The notes under the pieces are model-generated. The model did no database searches. It was not told where the DNA came from and saw only the letters and a list, made by a program, of their open reading frames with translations. A stretch of 64,000 nucleotides of DNA, from NCBI GenBank assembly GCA_951406725.2, contig OX597816.1, forward strand, positions 148,056,001 to 148,120,000, written 5' to 3'. Numbering within the stretch: position 1 is the stretch's first letter; each line of letters opens with the position of its first letter. Below are positions 42,104 through 58,210 of this stretch, piece after piece. This DNA is from Octopus vulgaris (Eukaryota). A program made the position numbers and the translations under genes.

Positions 42104-45100
42104 TAAATAAATGGAGTTTAACGCAGGTGTAATCAAATATTTTTACTTTCGACACATATTTCGAAAATTCCACTGATACTATTCAAAAGAATAAATGGTA
42201 TAAACAATGCAATCTTCTCCTCAGGAAAGTTAGAAAAACGAAACTCGTCAATAAGACATTTTAGCAAAAAATGATGGATTTGTATAGCGATTGACAGAAC
42301 GCTATTAATATTGTTTAAAAAAAACGTTATATGATATAACGTCATAAGTAGCTAACAGAAAGAGTAGGGATATTAATAGTGAATGTTAAATATAAAGGAA
42401 ATTAAAGTTTAAATCATATATAATGATAGAGACTACTTATATGCACTAAATGTATGTTTTTGCCAATGCTTACATCTATATATATACATATATATATGTA
42501 TATATACACACACATATATATATATATATGTACACACTAAAATAAACCCTATCCTCAAGTATACATCATCAATAATGTATTGTAATTGGAATGTCATTAT
42601 CATAAAGTCATGATGTTATTTAATCTGTTTCTTTCAACCTTAATAGCATACTATATTCATGAACTGTGTTTATGATCACATCACCTAATTTTCAGTCACC
42701 CACCTCCTTCGTTTATATTTGTCATGCAAACCTTCAATTGTTGTAGCGTTAATACAATAACTAAATAGGGCTTTATCATATTGCGATAATGAGCTAAATT
42801 CCTATCATGGATATTGCTTGAAGTCGCATTTCATTAATATCAGAGCAGTACAAACCGCCATTCTGTTTGATGTATCTTATGTAAATCAATATATAACAAT
42901 TCCATAAGTAAATTAACAGCTCTCTCGTCTAACTCCATTTTATGATTCCTCCAGGTTAGCCTCTTTCTCTTAGACACAAGAGTACAGGATGCTACATTGG
43001 TTTAACCATGTTTAATCCTATCCAATAATTGTACATATTATGTAAAATTGCTTTCAATCAGTTCCCTGCATCGCGCAAAGGACTTACTGAAACTTTCTTC
43101 TAACAACATGGTGCACGCCAAGATTTCAGCAAGCAATTATCTTCATAAATATTCACAAATCAGAACTGTCATTAAAGCATAAGAAACATTTATCACAATT
43201 ATCTGATTTGTGAAGTAGAGAATTGAAAGAAAATTCAATATTGGGTCTAATACCTCACACCATTCAAATCGTTGCCCCACACGAGTCAATAGAATAAATT
43301 CTAGTTTATCCAATAATCAATAACAGTATCAATAGTATAAATTCAATTAGTATGAATAATACATTCGATCGCATTGACGTGCTACTTTCCTAGAAATATT
43401 GCTCTCGTGTCTTAATTAGAAAGAAATCTATTTGAGGTTTGGATTACTAAACGGTTCCCGTCAGCCAAGACACACATATCCAATAGTTTAGGGCAAGAAG
43501 TAAATCAATTGGTGTGCAAGAAACTGTGCTAATGGAGGCGAACCATTTGAAAGAGAAATAGTGAAACATTACTGTGACCTTAACTTTTCAGGAATTTGCT
43601 TCTTCCTTTACTGTGCACAACACTAAAAGATACTGCTTGTTTCTGCTCAGAACTATGGTCAGTACGTAGCAATTAAAACGAAATAGTTCATGTTACAACA
43701 ATTTTTGCCTTACATAACACGTTGATGTTACTGATCTAATACGTTGCATAACAAAATTAGACTTTCGGTGATCTGAAATATTCATGGAATTTCTAGGACA
43801 TATGCCTGTTAAAACAATTCTCGTTTTCTTCCACATGCTAAGCAAAAATTACGGAAGCTTTCAGTGCATCGTTCACATTAGTTGCAAAAACAAATAATTA
43901 CATTATGATTCTCATTGACCAGCTGTAACACCAAGGAGACAAAGTTCACTCAATTTGAATTATTAAGTATCTGGAATAACACCAAGAGGAAATTTGCTGT
44001 TAACTTCTTTGATAAGAGCAAAAGAAGTGAAATAACTACAATTAAATACGAAACATGCCCGGAGAAACGCTTACGCAAGAGTTACTCAGCAGTTCGTAGC
44101 TTATTTTCTGAGAAACATACTTTGGGAAAAAGCAATTCATGCAAATCTATTCCTCGTGCGTCATAAACTGTGCTTTACGCAATATCTGAATTATTTATAA
44201 ACATCCTAAGAATCCTACAGCAAACAACTTCTCATATCCGTTTTACTATACCATCAAATGTCATCAAACGAATTTTCAAAGTTCTTTTCTGTGTTTTTCT
44301 CCTGAAACTAGCGAATCTCATTTATTCAGAAAGAGAGAAACTTCATATCATTTTTCTATCATATTTTGATTATAAAGGTGATCATGCATAAAAAAAATTA
44401 TTTTCCTATACTATGTTACTCTGCATCAAATCCTCTACTGATGAAAAGAAAATACTTTACTTTCATATTAAAATGATGTTCATTTAAATTATATAAATTT
44501 AGTATTATGCATGACGATAGAGGAAACGCTAGCCACAATTAGAATGTGCTTTCCTCACGTGGAAAACATTAAAAAAATATTAGATAACCATTTTCTAAAC
44601 GGCGATGTTATATAGAACCACTTAGTATTTTATCCGAAGTATGCAATATTTTATAACTTTACACATACGTATTGTAGACGAGAGCAGAATGAACTACCTT
44701 ACATGGAAGAATTCGACTATAGCATACCCCCCCCCCCACCAAATCCTTGATTAATTGAAAAACATCTATCGCTACGCAAACTAGTAAATTATAGCAACTT
44801 TAAATACTTATTTAAAGCTAAATTGACTTCGCTCTTAAGTGATAAACACTTAACGAGTAAGTGAACACAGTGGCAGTGACAGGATACGAACGTGATTTCT
44901 CGACTGAAGCCTCCTATAAATTCTCGAATTTCATGACATGCACGCAGATTAAATTCGATTTCGATATTTAGCAACATTCTGCGTACAGCGCGATTGAACA
45001 CACACATACACAAACATGCACACGCACAAACACACATACAAACACACACACAAGCACACACACACATAGACACACGCACACACACACATATATATGTATG

Positions 45101-45125
45101 TATGTATGTATGTTTATATTCTAAT

Positions 45126-45174
<49 letters not shown>

Positions 45175-45409
45175 GTGGTGTATATATGCACTACCTCATG
45201 TACCTACGCCTAAGCACTGTCATGGCATCTGCTGTGGCTGTGGCTTTTTAAACAAGACAATGTCCTGAAAAGACACCCACATAAATTGCACATCCGATTT
45301 GGCCCACCAAGAGTTGTAGATAAGTTCTGATCTTCATGGATCTTAAAATGTTTTTGAGGCATCCGTTATATTTGCGAACCTGGCATACACTGCATTCAAG
45401 GGTGTGCAC

Positions 45410-45915
45410 AAGCATATAGGCAGAATAGTGGGTGGAGATTCGTTTTCCACGGGTTTTGAGATTTGAGCCCAGTAAATGACAGGCATGGTCTGTCACAAAA
45501 TGTGCACTCAAAAACATCATTGTTATTTACATTCTCGATCGTAACATTCTTCCTTAAATCTCTATTGATTTTTACATGCGTTATCTTGGCCTCCTCAAAT
45601 GCTTTCACTCCACTCCACCCTTTTTTTTTCGCCATCCAACTTGATCCGAAGCATGGATTTCTAAGTCTTCTGGAACCATTCCAAGTGACTTCATAATAGT
45701 CCTTATGCCGTCCTTAAACCTTTTTTTAGGTTTACACCGATAGCATTTCCCCTCTGCAAGTTCACCAAAAATAGATGTTTTGGCATGCGTTCATCCGCCA
45801 TTCGAACAATAAGGCCACACAATCTCATTTGGTTCCTCAAAATCATAGCATTAATTGAGGTGGTGCCTGCAGATGCAAGGATATCTGCGTTTGGAGTAAA
45901 AGTATAATCTTTCAT
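45410..45915 (-). mobile_element. RTE LINE ORF C-terminal fragment
   Basis: [52 protein letters not shown], a typical RTE C-terminus with zinc finger. Confidence 0.88.
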
Positions 45916-45967
45916 TACCTATGTATATGCATACACACACACACACACACACGTATATATATATAGG

Positions 45968-46039
<72 letters not shown>

Positions 46040-46055
46040 ACATATATATACATAT

Positions 46056-46139
<84 letters not shown>

Positions 46140-46190
46140 TATACATATATACATATATATATACATATATATACATATATACAACCACAT

Positions 46191-46308
46191 GGCCTGCTCG
46201 CTTAGCCAGCGGGTTGGCGTCATTTGAAGGCTAAAACAATGCGAACGCATTGTGACCAGAGATGTGTAACTACATCTGATAGCCTGGTCGGTCATGGTGA
46301 TCACGGTG
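46191..46308 (+). mobile_element. Short 5'-truncated retroposon with 14-bp target-site duplication
   Basis: atatacaaccacat on both sides (46177-46190 and 46309-46322); short repetitive 3' end ggtgatcacggtg. Confidence 0.75.
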
Positions 46309-46794
46309 ATATACAACCACATATTTATATATACACACATACACACATCATTTTATTTATGCAAGCTGGACTCTGTAATGTATGCATTATGCTTATCCAT
46401 TTTATACAATATTGTAACAGAATCATTCATTTTACTGGAACACTGAAAAGATTCTTTTCAGTTAGATACCAGTGTACAATAACTTCAGGATTTGATTTAA
46501 TAATTTCTTTCACATAGATAAAAAAATATATATACATAGCGTAAAAAAACAGAATCAGCATATATGTATACTCTTCATTCACCACTGTAAATCCTTTCCA
46601 TAGCCATATATAATTAAATTTATTTGCAGAGAAGTGTGGAATATATTGCCATCATTCTTTTTGCAAATGCGGAAACCAAAAACATGGGGGACATGATAAA
46701 TATAGAAATAAGTAAAATAAGCGGAGAAGAAAGATAATGAAGTGGTGGAGGAGGAGGAGGGAGGAGGAGGGAGAATTGGTGGTGGTAGTGGTGG

Positions 46795-46803
46795 TGGTAG
46801 TAA

Positions 46804-46862
<59 letters not shown>

Positions 46863-46863
46863 A

Positions 46864-46918
<55 letters not shown>
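46795..46918. repeat. (TAG)n microsatellite
   Basis: Near-perfect agt run. Confidence 0.97.
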
Positions 46919-46919
<1 letters not shown>

Positions 46920-47475
46920 AACCAAGCAGATGGAGAATAGGAGGAAAAATACATTTTTCACTCTGACCAAACACATTCATTTAGGCGTAAGTTTGTTTCT
47001 CTCCAACACAATGTCTCTTTTCCATTCCAATGTATAATCCGAGCCTAAAGTTTCATTGAATTATGGACCTACCGGGTAGAATGGCTGCTCGCCAAAGACT
47101 GTCATGAAACAGGAACGCATCCAAGCACAGCATTGTACATCAGATAAATGACTCGACTGAAGACAGCCATGTCCAGCTCTTTTGTTATATAGCCAGTGAA
47201 CGTATTCGCTTATCTTTTGTATTTATTCTAGTCAGTCATATAAATCGTTGTCAAACTACGAGTACCACAAAGGCCATTCCCGGAAGCAGTTTAAACCGAG
47301 ACAGAAGGTAAGATAGGGAGAGGAAAGGAGAGTTAGAAATAAATAATTCGATGGAAGAGAATAAGAAATGGAAGACGAGAAAGTGATTATAATGCATTGA
47401 AAGTAGTTGAAATGTAATGCCATTTTCTTCGTTCGAATAACAACTGCCTAAACAGAGAGTGAATATCGTTGACGT

Positions 47476-47529
<54 letters not shown>

Positions 47530-47759
47530 TATAATATAATATAAATTAGAGATAAAACCATTATTATGCAACTCAAACAATGATAGACATAAACCAAAAC
47601 ATAAATAACAAATATATATTTTTATAAAACATATAACTAGACCTCAAAAAGTATAAAAATGAATTATCAATATATGATAAGTAAAAAAATTACGTACGCT
47701 TCATGGCTACAGTTAAATTCGCATTACAATTAAGTTTAAATTCAATTGAAATAAATGTG

Positions 47760-47855
<96 letters not shown>

Positions 47856-47932
47856 ATGTAGGATAAATTTGTTTCGAAAAAAAATTTTATCAATGGCCAG
47901 CATATTAAAAAATGCCTTTAAATAATATATAA

Positions 47933-47996
<64 letters not shown>

Positions 47997-48064
47997 GATA
48001 AGAAAATGGAGAAATACATCTAAATCAAATATCATGCATTTACAACCACAATCTCAATTTATAA

Positions 48065-48135
<71 letters not shown>

Positions 48136-48284
48136 TTATTTCTTTTGGCCGGGAAAGTCTTCACTGTTGTACATTGTTTTCGGCTTTAATAAATAGGATA
48201 TTACTCCAGCTTTGGTATTATTTTTACCGCCGTCTTCTATATCTATGGGCTTACTTATAATAAATTATATAAATTTTTATAGAC

Positions 48285-48390
48285 GCAGGGGTGCCTATGT
48301 TGTAAGTAGCGTGCTTACCAATCACATGGTTCCTAGTTCAGTCCCACTGCGAGGCAACTTGGGCAGGTGTCTTCTACTATAGCCTCGGGC
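48285..48390 (+). mobile_element. SINE family 1 head and core fragment
   Basis: ggttcctagttcagtcccactgcg..ttgggcaggtgtcttctactatagcctcggg. Confidence 0.75.
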
Positions 48391-48646
48391 TACAGTAGCA
48401 TCCACCCTTAAGGGTTAGCCACATTTAAGTGACAAATATACTTCATGATGTCGTACAGCAACTGTTTATACCTCGTTCAGAGATTTATTATTACTTGTTT
48501 ACACTTTTTCGAGATCAGTGACTTTTCGTCACTGGAAAAATATATGTATATATATTTGCATTGGGGACCTCTTTCGTCACTGGAAAAAGGATATATATAT
48601 ATATTTGCATTGAGGACCTCTTCACATCGCCAACCGGTGATTGTCA
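48388..48646 (+). mobile_element. Subfamily B retrozyme-like fragment, ending at the hammerhead stem I
   Basis: gctacagtagcatccacccttaagggttagccac..cagtgacttttcgtcactggaaaaa..tatttgcattg; internal ~49-bp duplication. Confidence 0.85.
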
Positions 48647-48819
48647 CTTTTTGTTGCTTTTTGAAAGTGTAATCGAATTTGCTGGGAGGCAGCCTTGTTG
48701 GGCGGAATTGAAAAGACTGAAAAATGAAGAGTTACGCGGAAGCTGCTGGAGTGCGAGATGATGTGAACCCACATCTTCTGAAGTAGGATGAGCTGGATTG
48801 GGATGAGAAGAAGTTGAGG

Positions 48820-49440
48820 AAATATCACAGCATGATAAAGAAGGAAGGCACTAACACCAGAGTGATTATGCCAGAGGAGGAAAAAAGAAAATACATGAAC
48901 AAAATGATATTCAGAACCTTCTCTATCGAAAACAGAAGAATAGAAAGACCGTCACAAGAAGAGATTGAAGAAATGTTACTGAGTTACATAGGTGAAGGAA
49001 TAATTTTCTTCACAAGAGGAAAATATATGGTACGATAGCGGTTTCATTTGCTACAGAAGAGGAGGCAATATTGAACGATGGAGAGACAAGAGGAGAAAAT
49101 GGATGTTAATACCAGACACCCCAGAAAAAAGAATTGTCAAAGTAAGAGTGGAAAGAATCCCACCTATGACAGACCCAGAATGGGTAATAATGGCAATTTT
49201 TGACTCTAATCTATGGAGGGGGATCAAGAAGCTGGTGATTCATTCAGTAAACAGAACTGAAAATATGAATTTGGGGGGATATTGTGTGGAGGTGATTTGC
49301 GCCGTAACCCAGGAGTATTACAAAGAATTGCCGGAAACGGTAGAATTGCCAACAGGCGAAAGACTGGAGGTAATGTCGGCGGGGATATCCCCAAAATGTT
49401 ACAAACGCGGCGGAAGAGGACACCTGAATAGCGATAGCGA
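48820..49440 (+). pseudogene. Decayed non-LTR retrotransposon ORF1 (gag-like) fragment
   Basis: Frameshifted ORFs 48814-49038 and 49103-49480 with an RRM-like VKVRVERIPP segment and a degenerate zinc knuckle CYKRGGRGH. Confidence 0.6.
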
Positions 49441-49560
49441 AACCGGTCGATATATTATGAATTATACTAAAACTATGTAAGTGTGCGTATTTTCCTTTTT
49501 TAATTTCTTATATACATTACAACTCACCACGTGGGGATAATCGAAATTCCTCTTTTCTGT

Positions 49561-49611
<51 letters not shown>

Positions 49612-49783
49612 ACTAATGTAGGATAAAAATTTTTTCGAAAAAAAAATTTTATCAATGGCCAGCATATTAAAAAATACCTTTAAAGGTTAAATTTATAAAC
49701 AATTCATAAATAAGGGCAAACGAATATGTCCAATTTTTCGGCATATTTGGCATTAGAATTTTTTTCGTTTGCCCTTATTTATG

Positions 49784-49823
<40 letters not shown>

Positions 49824-49827
<4 letters not shown>

Positions 49828-50153
49828 ATTCCCGGAAAAGCGGGTCTTATCGCTTGGTTCCGTTCCCATAATTGTTTCGCTAATCCAATAACCACAATAG
49901 AAAGTTCAAATACTAAGAAATAAGCATATTCAATTTGATTTACACCAAATAATATGGGAAAATGATGGGTTATTTTCCTTGGCTGTTAAAATAAAATATA
50001 CTAGTTATATATAAAGATCACTTCCAGGATCCCAATTATCGATTTTTCAACAATGTGACTAAGCCATGAGGTTTTCAGACATGAGTTCTACTCACGTATC
50101 AAGTTTCGTCAAAATTGATAAAACGATGTAGGAGATGTTAGCTAACAACTCCG
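49824..50153 (-). mobile_element. Internally deleted copy of the Helitron-like element at 14670-15484
   Basis: Reverse complement matches both ggagttgttagctaac..gagtagaactcatgtctg and ttagcgaaacaattatg..ggaaccaa. Confidence 0.75.
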
Positions 50154-50868
50154 CAAATAGAATAGATTTTGAAAATTATGCAAACATAATTTGTGCAATA
50201 TTGATGGAATATTTTCCACATAACACAAATCAGGTAGCACTCCTGGCGGCGTTGGAGAGAGTAGATGTGAGTTTTTATAGTCGAACCCAAAAATCAATGC
50301 GTCGCATGCCGTCTATCTTCCTTGTTATTCACACTTTGGAGTGCTTTTACTCTCATAATGAGTTGCTTCGTAAGGGGGGACTACAGTGGGCAACAGTATT
50401 CAAGTTGGGGTCGGGTAAAAGTAAAGTAGAGAAGGATGATGGTGTAGGCATCTCTAGATTGGAAAGTTCTCAGAATCCAGAAGCACATATTTAGTATATA
50501 TATTGTATATATATACATATATATATACATACATACAAAACTCTGTTCAGCCCGAGACACCTGCCCAAGGTTCGGGATTTTTTGAAGAATTAATTGAAAA
50601 ATGACACAAAATTGTATTCAGTTTTGCAAGAAACAACTGGCAGGTCACCTACTTTGCAACCTCGTTGCTCCACCCAAACAATGAACCAAAAATGATAAAT
50701 AAAACTTGGAAAATCAAAAGTTTGTTATTCCTTGGAAAAGGTAGTTTAGGCCAAATTTCTAATTCAAGTGAATTTTGACTTGAAGAAATATAATGCAAGT
50801 GATGTGCAGATTAAAATTATCTTGTTATCCTACGATTTTTATAGTTTTTTTTATATAATAAGATATAA

Positions 50869-50931
<63 letters not shown>

Positions 50932-51150
50932 TTCCTTGTATATGAGTGACGGCTAAAATTAGGGTTGGGTTGAAAACACGTCGATAGCGTTGACTCCAGT
51001 GTTGAACTATTACTTTATCTACCTGACGGAATGAAAAACAAAGTCTCGCTTGGTGAAATTTGAACGCAGAACATGAAGTAAGAACTAATTCAGTCAATCA
51101 TGTTTTCGGGCCTGCTCATTATTTTGCCAGCCTGTAGCCTTCCACATGTA

Positions 51151-51231
<81 letters not shown>

Positions 51232-51656
51232 CAGCAAAACTACTATTAGTCTCAGAGTCAGCGCTTTTTTAAAGCTAATTGAAAACAAGGTATATATTAC
51301 TTTTATGAAGAGGATATATATGTTATCCAAGAAACACTACTCTACAAAACAACGACGCTATCATGCAACTATAGGACTCGTTAGCACATCAGTTTTTCTA
51401 CATCGATTTCACATGCCAACGATCTTTTCCTTAATAGCATGTCAGTTTCGGAAAAAAACCCTCATTTTTGACATTATCTCCTCTTTTCATTTAGACGTGG
51501 TTTCAATTGCTAAAAGGCGCCTCTTTACTGTTATCTCCAAACGGAAGATATTTTCAATAAATCTAGAATTCATCTCAGTTGGTAATTCATGCAACTTACT
51601 CATTTTATTGTTCATATTCGTGCCAACGTGCCGTGAGTTACATCTTTTGGCTCAGA

Positions 51657-51688
<32 letters not shown>

Positions 51689-51699
51689 CATACATACAC

Positions 51700-51730
<31 letters not shown>

Positions 51731-51731
51731 A

Positions 51732-51763
<32 letters not shown>

Positions 51764-51765
51764 AA

Positions 51766-51820
<55 letters not shown>

Positions 51821-51859
51821 CATATATATATATATATATTTATATATACATATATATAT

Positions 51860-51951
<92 letters not shown>

Positions 51952-53051
51952 GTACAAGTATACAATTCTACATGCATTCATACATACATACATTTCAAAA
52001 CAAGGTTCCGAAAAACTCTTGACAAGCAAAACGTGAGTAAGTTTCATAAATATTTTCAGTTTTGATGTTATAATAAAAATAAGGGTATGTTTGCGAAAAT
52101 GATTCTAAAATATGTTATAGATATATTTATTACTCAACCTACTGTGCTATGTATGTAAATAAATATTTAGCAAACATAACAAAATTATTTTTTGCATAAA
52201 GATTTACGATAGAGGCACAATTAAAAATATGAATAAATATTTGTAGTCAGAGCATATTGAAATATAAGTATGCCCAAACCGAAAACACGCTTGGAATATA
52301 ATACTTAAAGATATTCGAACATATGTAAATAAAGATATTTTCATTTGTTTGCTTCAAACTCACATTCATGTCTCTAGCAGTCTCTCATTTGAAATAAACA
52401 ATGGAGCTTTCTCATCAGCAAAAGGTAGAAATGAATATCACAAGAGATAAGTATTCCAGCCAGGAACAACTTGAAAACCGAAAAGGAAAATCTCTAAAGA
52501 TGCAACTCCAACCAAGATGTCAATGAAGATTTTACAATATTTCTATCTCTAAAATACTCTATAAAGTATTGTATAATTCCAAAAGCGATGTACAAATTCA
52601 ACTAAATATATGCATATATAAATGTACATATTTCACTATGTATGGCCAGTTTGTTTCTCCTTCGAGTGAATCTTTGCCATTCTGATTTTATATTTCTGTA
52701 CAACCACTTTAAACACGCATATATTTTCATATTTATTGAGGCTTCTCTCTGCTAAACCACCTTAAACGAAAAAATAATATCTGTGTATTAAGATTTTTAA
52801 TGCTAAGGGCTCTGTTCTGTAAAGCATTTTACAGGCAGATATATCGTAAAGAGTGCTCATCAACATTCCGGTTACATTTACATCTTCCCGTTTTTGCAGC
52901 TCTGGTTTACCACTTTCAGTATTTATCACTTATGGTACTTAGTCTCTGTTCTCAGCTAATTATATGATTTCACATTATATTCGAAAAGTAGGAGTCATAG
53001 TGACATCAATTCGTTTGTAGAGGAAAATGAAATATGTGCATGCGTGACACA

Positions 53052-53315
<264 letters not shown>

Positions 53316-53619
53316 CAATGTGGTGTTGAGCACTCATTTCATCGTTTGACATTTACGTATACACACACACACACACATACAAACATACATACATACATAT
53401 ATATATATATATTTCGCGCAGCAAGAATTAATTCTATTACACTTGCTATAAAATATATTACTTATTACAATAATAGCACAAGGATGAAAAAAAATTCTTT
53501 TCATGGTAGTATGAGAGTTAACAACGCAACTGAGACGAGTGAAACCAGTCGTACTACATAAACAGAAGATATTTTGGGATAGGGGAACTTCGAGATAGAG
53601 ATCGCTGACAGATATTGTT

Positions 53620-54080
53620 ACCGACTCGGACCTCTTTCTGTGCTGAATATTCTTGTAAAGAGAAGGGCCGAGCTATCGTCTGATCACCACCTAGTTTTCT
53701 GCAACGGGAGACAATCGACTGCAAGGATACACCTCAAAACTGTTAAGTACAGAATAAAGTGGGAAATCCTGATGGATAATGGGATCAAAAACATTATTTC
53801 GTTCATATGCACAGTGCTGTAGACAAAAGCGATATGGTGGGGCGCCAGGTTGTACAAAATAAAACAGCTAGGTTTAACCAGGAAGTTAAAGATTTTGTCC
53901 CAACAAAGTGCTAAAGCTTACAAACGTTAGTTTGGCAACGATTCTATCCTTTTGTGCATGCGGCACACTGAGACATGAAAAGTTGCAGCAGAGGCAGCAA
54001 AAACGTTAGAGGTTAAGTCATGGGACGCCCTTGGGGTTAATTTGGACAATAAAGTATTCTGAGAGACCATCCGCTACATG
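53620..54080 (+). mobile_element. RTE/Expander-like LINE fragment (end of APE endonuclease and linker)
   Basis: VKRRAELSSDHHLV (SDH motif) and downstream FNQEVKD. Confidence 0.7.
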
Positions 54081-54665
54081 AAACAGTTATCAGAACTAAG
54101 ATACGATAAAAATTATTGCCAACTTTAAATACAATACACCAATATCACACACAACTTGAAATAGAAATTCATGTTCAAACAAATATCTTACGTAAATAAC
54201 AAATTTACAGTCAGACATAAAACTTACTAATACAAAACAAACCACAATGTCAACAACTAAATATTCTATGGAATAATGACCAGTATCAGTAACAACAACA
54301 TCTATATCATATATTGGGCTCCATTATCTATTTCTGTCTGATAATTATCGTAACAATTCAATTTCGTGACCTACAAAGTGATGGGATATAAATGGAAACA
54401 GAGCTTTTGTTTGTTTTTACAACCGGTAAACATGTCAGCATGACACAGACACTGACACAACAGAACACACTCATACGTATACATATACATATATATATAT
54501 ATATATACGTTTTTCTCCATTAATACATACGTAAATACATTAATACACACACATGCACACGCACACAGATATATGTATGTATGTATGTATGTATGTATCT
54601 ATGTATGTATGTATGTAAGCATGTATGTATGCATGAATATATGTTTAAACACACACAAACACACA

Positions 54666-54765
<100 letters not shown>

Positions 54766-56249
54766 CGTATACATTCATACATTTGTCCGCGTGTGACTGA
54801 TTTCCACAGTCCATTTTCAGTTCCACTCATTTGTGAACTCAATCTGATGGCAGAAGACATTAGCCGGAGATTCCAATCAATAGCATAGAACGCGGGAGCA
54901 TTTGTTTGCGCAGTGAAATTCTGAAAAAATACACCTATACCTGTGTGATGGATAATATACGAGAAGTATTGGTATTTGTTAACCTCTACTTATGTATATT
55001 TTACTACTTTTAAAATCTGATTATTCTTACCTTTTTTGTACGTTACATGACATTTGTCTTTTTCTTATCAGATTCTCAGAAAAATGTTGATGTGAATTTG
55101 TTTTTTCAATATGAATACGACGAATATATCCCTATATTTCGTATCTCCATCATTTCTCTAGTATATAGCCTTTCTCTTTTCGTTTGCTCCACACTAGCCA
55201 ATAAGCGAATATATCGTATGATCAACATTGTCTTACTCTAGCTGATTATATATAAACCTTGAATATTATATTCATGAACTACCCACTGTTCATGGTAATG
55301 AATGCAAGAATCTAGTTTTTGTATCCTAACACATGGAGTTATAAATATGCTGATATGATACGAACTACAGTACTCGATGCTTTTTGCTTGACCATTCGAT
55401 ACTTCAAATGGTGGCTATGCTTTGTCTTTTTTTTTCTTTTATTTATCCAGATTTCATGATCATTATTAAAAACATCACTTGCAGAGACAGAAGAAATCAC
55501 ATTTACCTACGCATTTTATTACAATATAGGCTGTACAGCAACACGTTAATGACTACTGCCAGAAATATTATTGCTACACCTTTAAAAATATCTAAACTGA
55601 GAGTCTAAAAGACAAACAAAATATTGCCCTACATCATTTCCACAAAAGATACAAGTAAATATGAAAATCCGACATAAATAAAATTCTAGTAAATAATAGC
55701 CTGATTGTAAACGCTTTATTATTCTAATGTCAAAAACATTGCACAAAGAAGAAAGAATAGTTAGACAACACATTTATTCAAAGGAGTACAAACAAAAATA
55801 TACACATAAGAAGTGCATTATGGCGGAAGCGAAACAAAAGACACATCACTTTTCTACTTAAGGCTATAACACAGAAAAATATGGCCTACCTGATATCTGT
55901 CTCAAAATTGATGTTTATTTTTGCACTCCTTCCTTACTTCACTTAGTCGGCAAAAACGATGGCAAATCGTCGATTATTAAGTCTGTCAAAAGATTTCCGC
56001 ACATCTGTAGCTAACTATTCAAATTGACTCTAATTTTTTTGATATAGAATTGTGTAAGAATTCAAAAATCCTGTTTTTGTCTTTAAGTCCATTAATACAT
56101 ATGTAAATACATTAATACACACACATACGCACACGCACACAGATATATGTATGTATGTGTGTGTATGTATGTGTGTATGTATGTATGTATGTATGTATGT
56201 ATTTATCTATGTATTTATGTATGTATGTGTGTGTGTATGTATGTATGTA

Positions 56250-56294
<45 letters not shown>

Positions 56295-57212
56295 GCATGA
56301 ATGTATGTATGTATGCATGTATGTATGTATGCATGTATGTATGTATGTATGTATATATGTATGCATGTATGCATGTATGTATGTAAGCATGTATGTATGA
56401 TTGTATGTATGTTTAAATATATATATATAATATGTATATGATTTTTTTTTCCATTTACTTTCGATGAAGAAGATAACGATGATGACGATGACAACGCCGG
56501 CAACGATGATTATCGTGATGATCATGATGATTGTGGTGGTGTTAGTGATTGTAATGATGGCGTTCATAATGATTATAATGATTATAATGGTCTTGATGAT
56601 CAAGATCATGATCATGATCATGGCGACCGTTGAAATAGTAGTGATGATAAAGATGTTGATAATAATGGACATGTTGTTACTATTGTTATTGTGATTTTCT
56701 TTCTAGGTTGTTGATATAAAGAGGCCTGCTTATAGTTTTTATTGATAATAGCTGCACAGTAAATACTTCGTTTGGTTGCTCTTCTTCTATAGTTACTATA
56801 TTCTTATTGTCTTTTCGGATTTATGTTTTTCTAAGTGTTGCATGTATTGTTGGATATTTTTTTGTCGTTTATGTGGTTACCTCTATTGTTCTATTTCTTA
56901 CTTCTACGTGACTTTTAACATTTAGACTTGTCAATTTATCCATTAGTCTTTGTAACGATACATAGTGTCTCTGACTAAAAGCCGTATAAAACCATGAATA
57001 ATAAATTGTATACATACACACACATATAAAATACACTGACACGCGAACACGAAAATGAATACACATGAATCGTGCGTGTGAGTGTGAGTTTGAGCGTGTG
57101 TTTGAGTGAGTATTTGGGTTTGTTTATATTGTGTTAAAATACTGTATGTAACTGAATGCATTTATGTCCTGATGTTAATTGAGTGTATATATATATATTT
57201 ATATATATATAC

Positions 57213-57292
<80 letters not shown>

Positions 57293-57442
57293 GGAGAAGC
57301 ATAGCAATATATATGAAACGAAAACAATTGCACACACACACACACACACACACGAAAATATTTTGACAAATTAAATATATATATATGGCTTATATATATA
57401 TATATATATATATATACATACACATATATATATATATACTTG

Positions 57443-57494
<52 letters not shown>

Positions 57495-57597
57495 TACACA
57501 TTCATGATTTTGAACCGTTAACACCTACACATTCCTTTTCTTTCTCCGTTTTTCCTCTCTCCCTTCTTTTTATTCTTTCTCTGTTTTTTCCTCTTAA

Positions 57598-57636
57598 TCT
57601 TTTCTGTCGAAGAGCGTTGGCTCTAAACGTCAAAGA
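57598..57636 (+). ncRNA. Decayed minimal hammerhead (family D) in a TA-flanked element (~57503-57725)
   Basis: TTT-CTGTCGA-A-GAGC gttg GCTC-tAAA-CG-TC-AAAG; palindromic stem III ACGT; A6 and G12 mutated. Confidence 0.6.
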
Positions 57637-57834
57637 CTTTTCCATTCTTCCCGAGCGTTTAACTAATACACCTGCTTGTTGTTCCCACATCAGTTTTCGT
57701 CTTTTGTTTTCCTGTAGATCTCAACTATATATATATATATATATATATATAACAACAAAGATAATATATATATATATGCATATCTACATACATATATGTG
57801 CATCCTTACATCTACACGCATATATATGCATATG

Positions 57835-58210
57835 TAGGCACAGGACTCATGAAACTTGTACAACAAAAGAGTACGAAGCACGAATACATGGAACATGAAT
57901 TATTCTTTCCAACGACGAAAGACACAAATGGAAAACAAAACAAATATAAAGAACGACCATCCATCAGTTGTTGGCTGTTTCTCTAATCTTATATTTCGAG
58001 CATTTAGCAACAATATACGCATTCGACAGAACAGTTGCTCCCGCAAAGTAAATCAAACATAATTTAGGACTTTAAGACGGGTCAAAATAGGTAACACAAA
58101 CAGGACAGTGAAAACAAACAGGAAGGGCTGCTAAGACTAAACGAGGTTGTAGTGGCGACGATTCGCTAATGAAGTCATTTATGTGCGTTGACTACCGCAT
58201 TAGAGCATTT
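57835..58210 (-). mobile_element. Family E element
   Basis: Reverse complement aligns by eye to 35060-35340. Confidence 0.6.

Noticed and set aside
42600-44400. Microsatellite-free stretch, possible host exons or hAT transposase relic
   Set aside because: No sustained ORF or convincing motif; cannot support either call by eye
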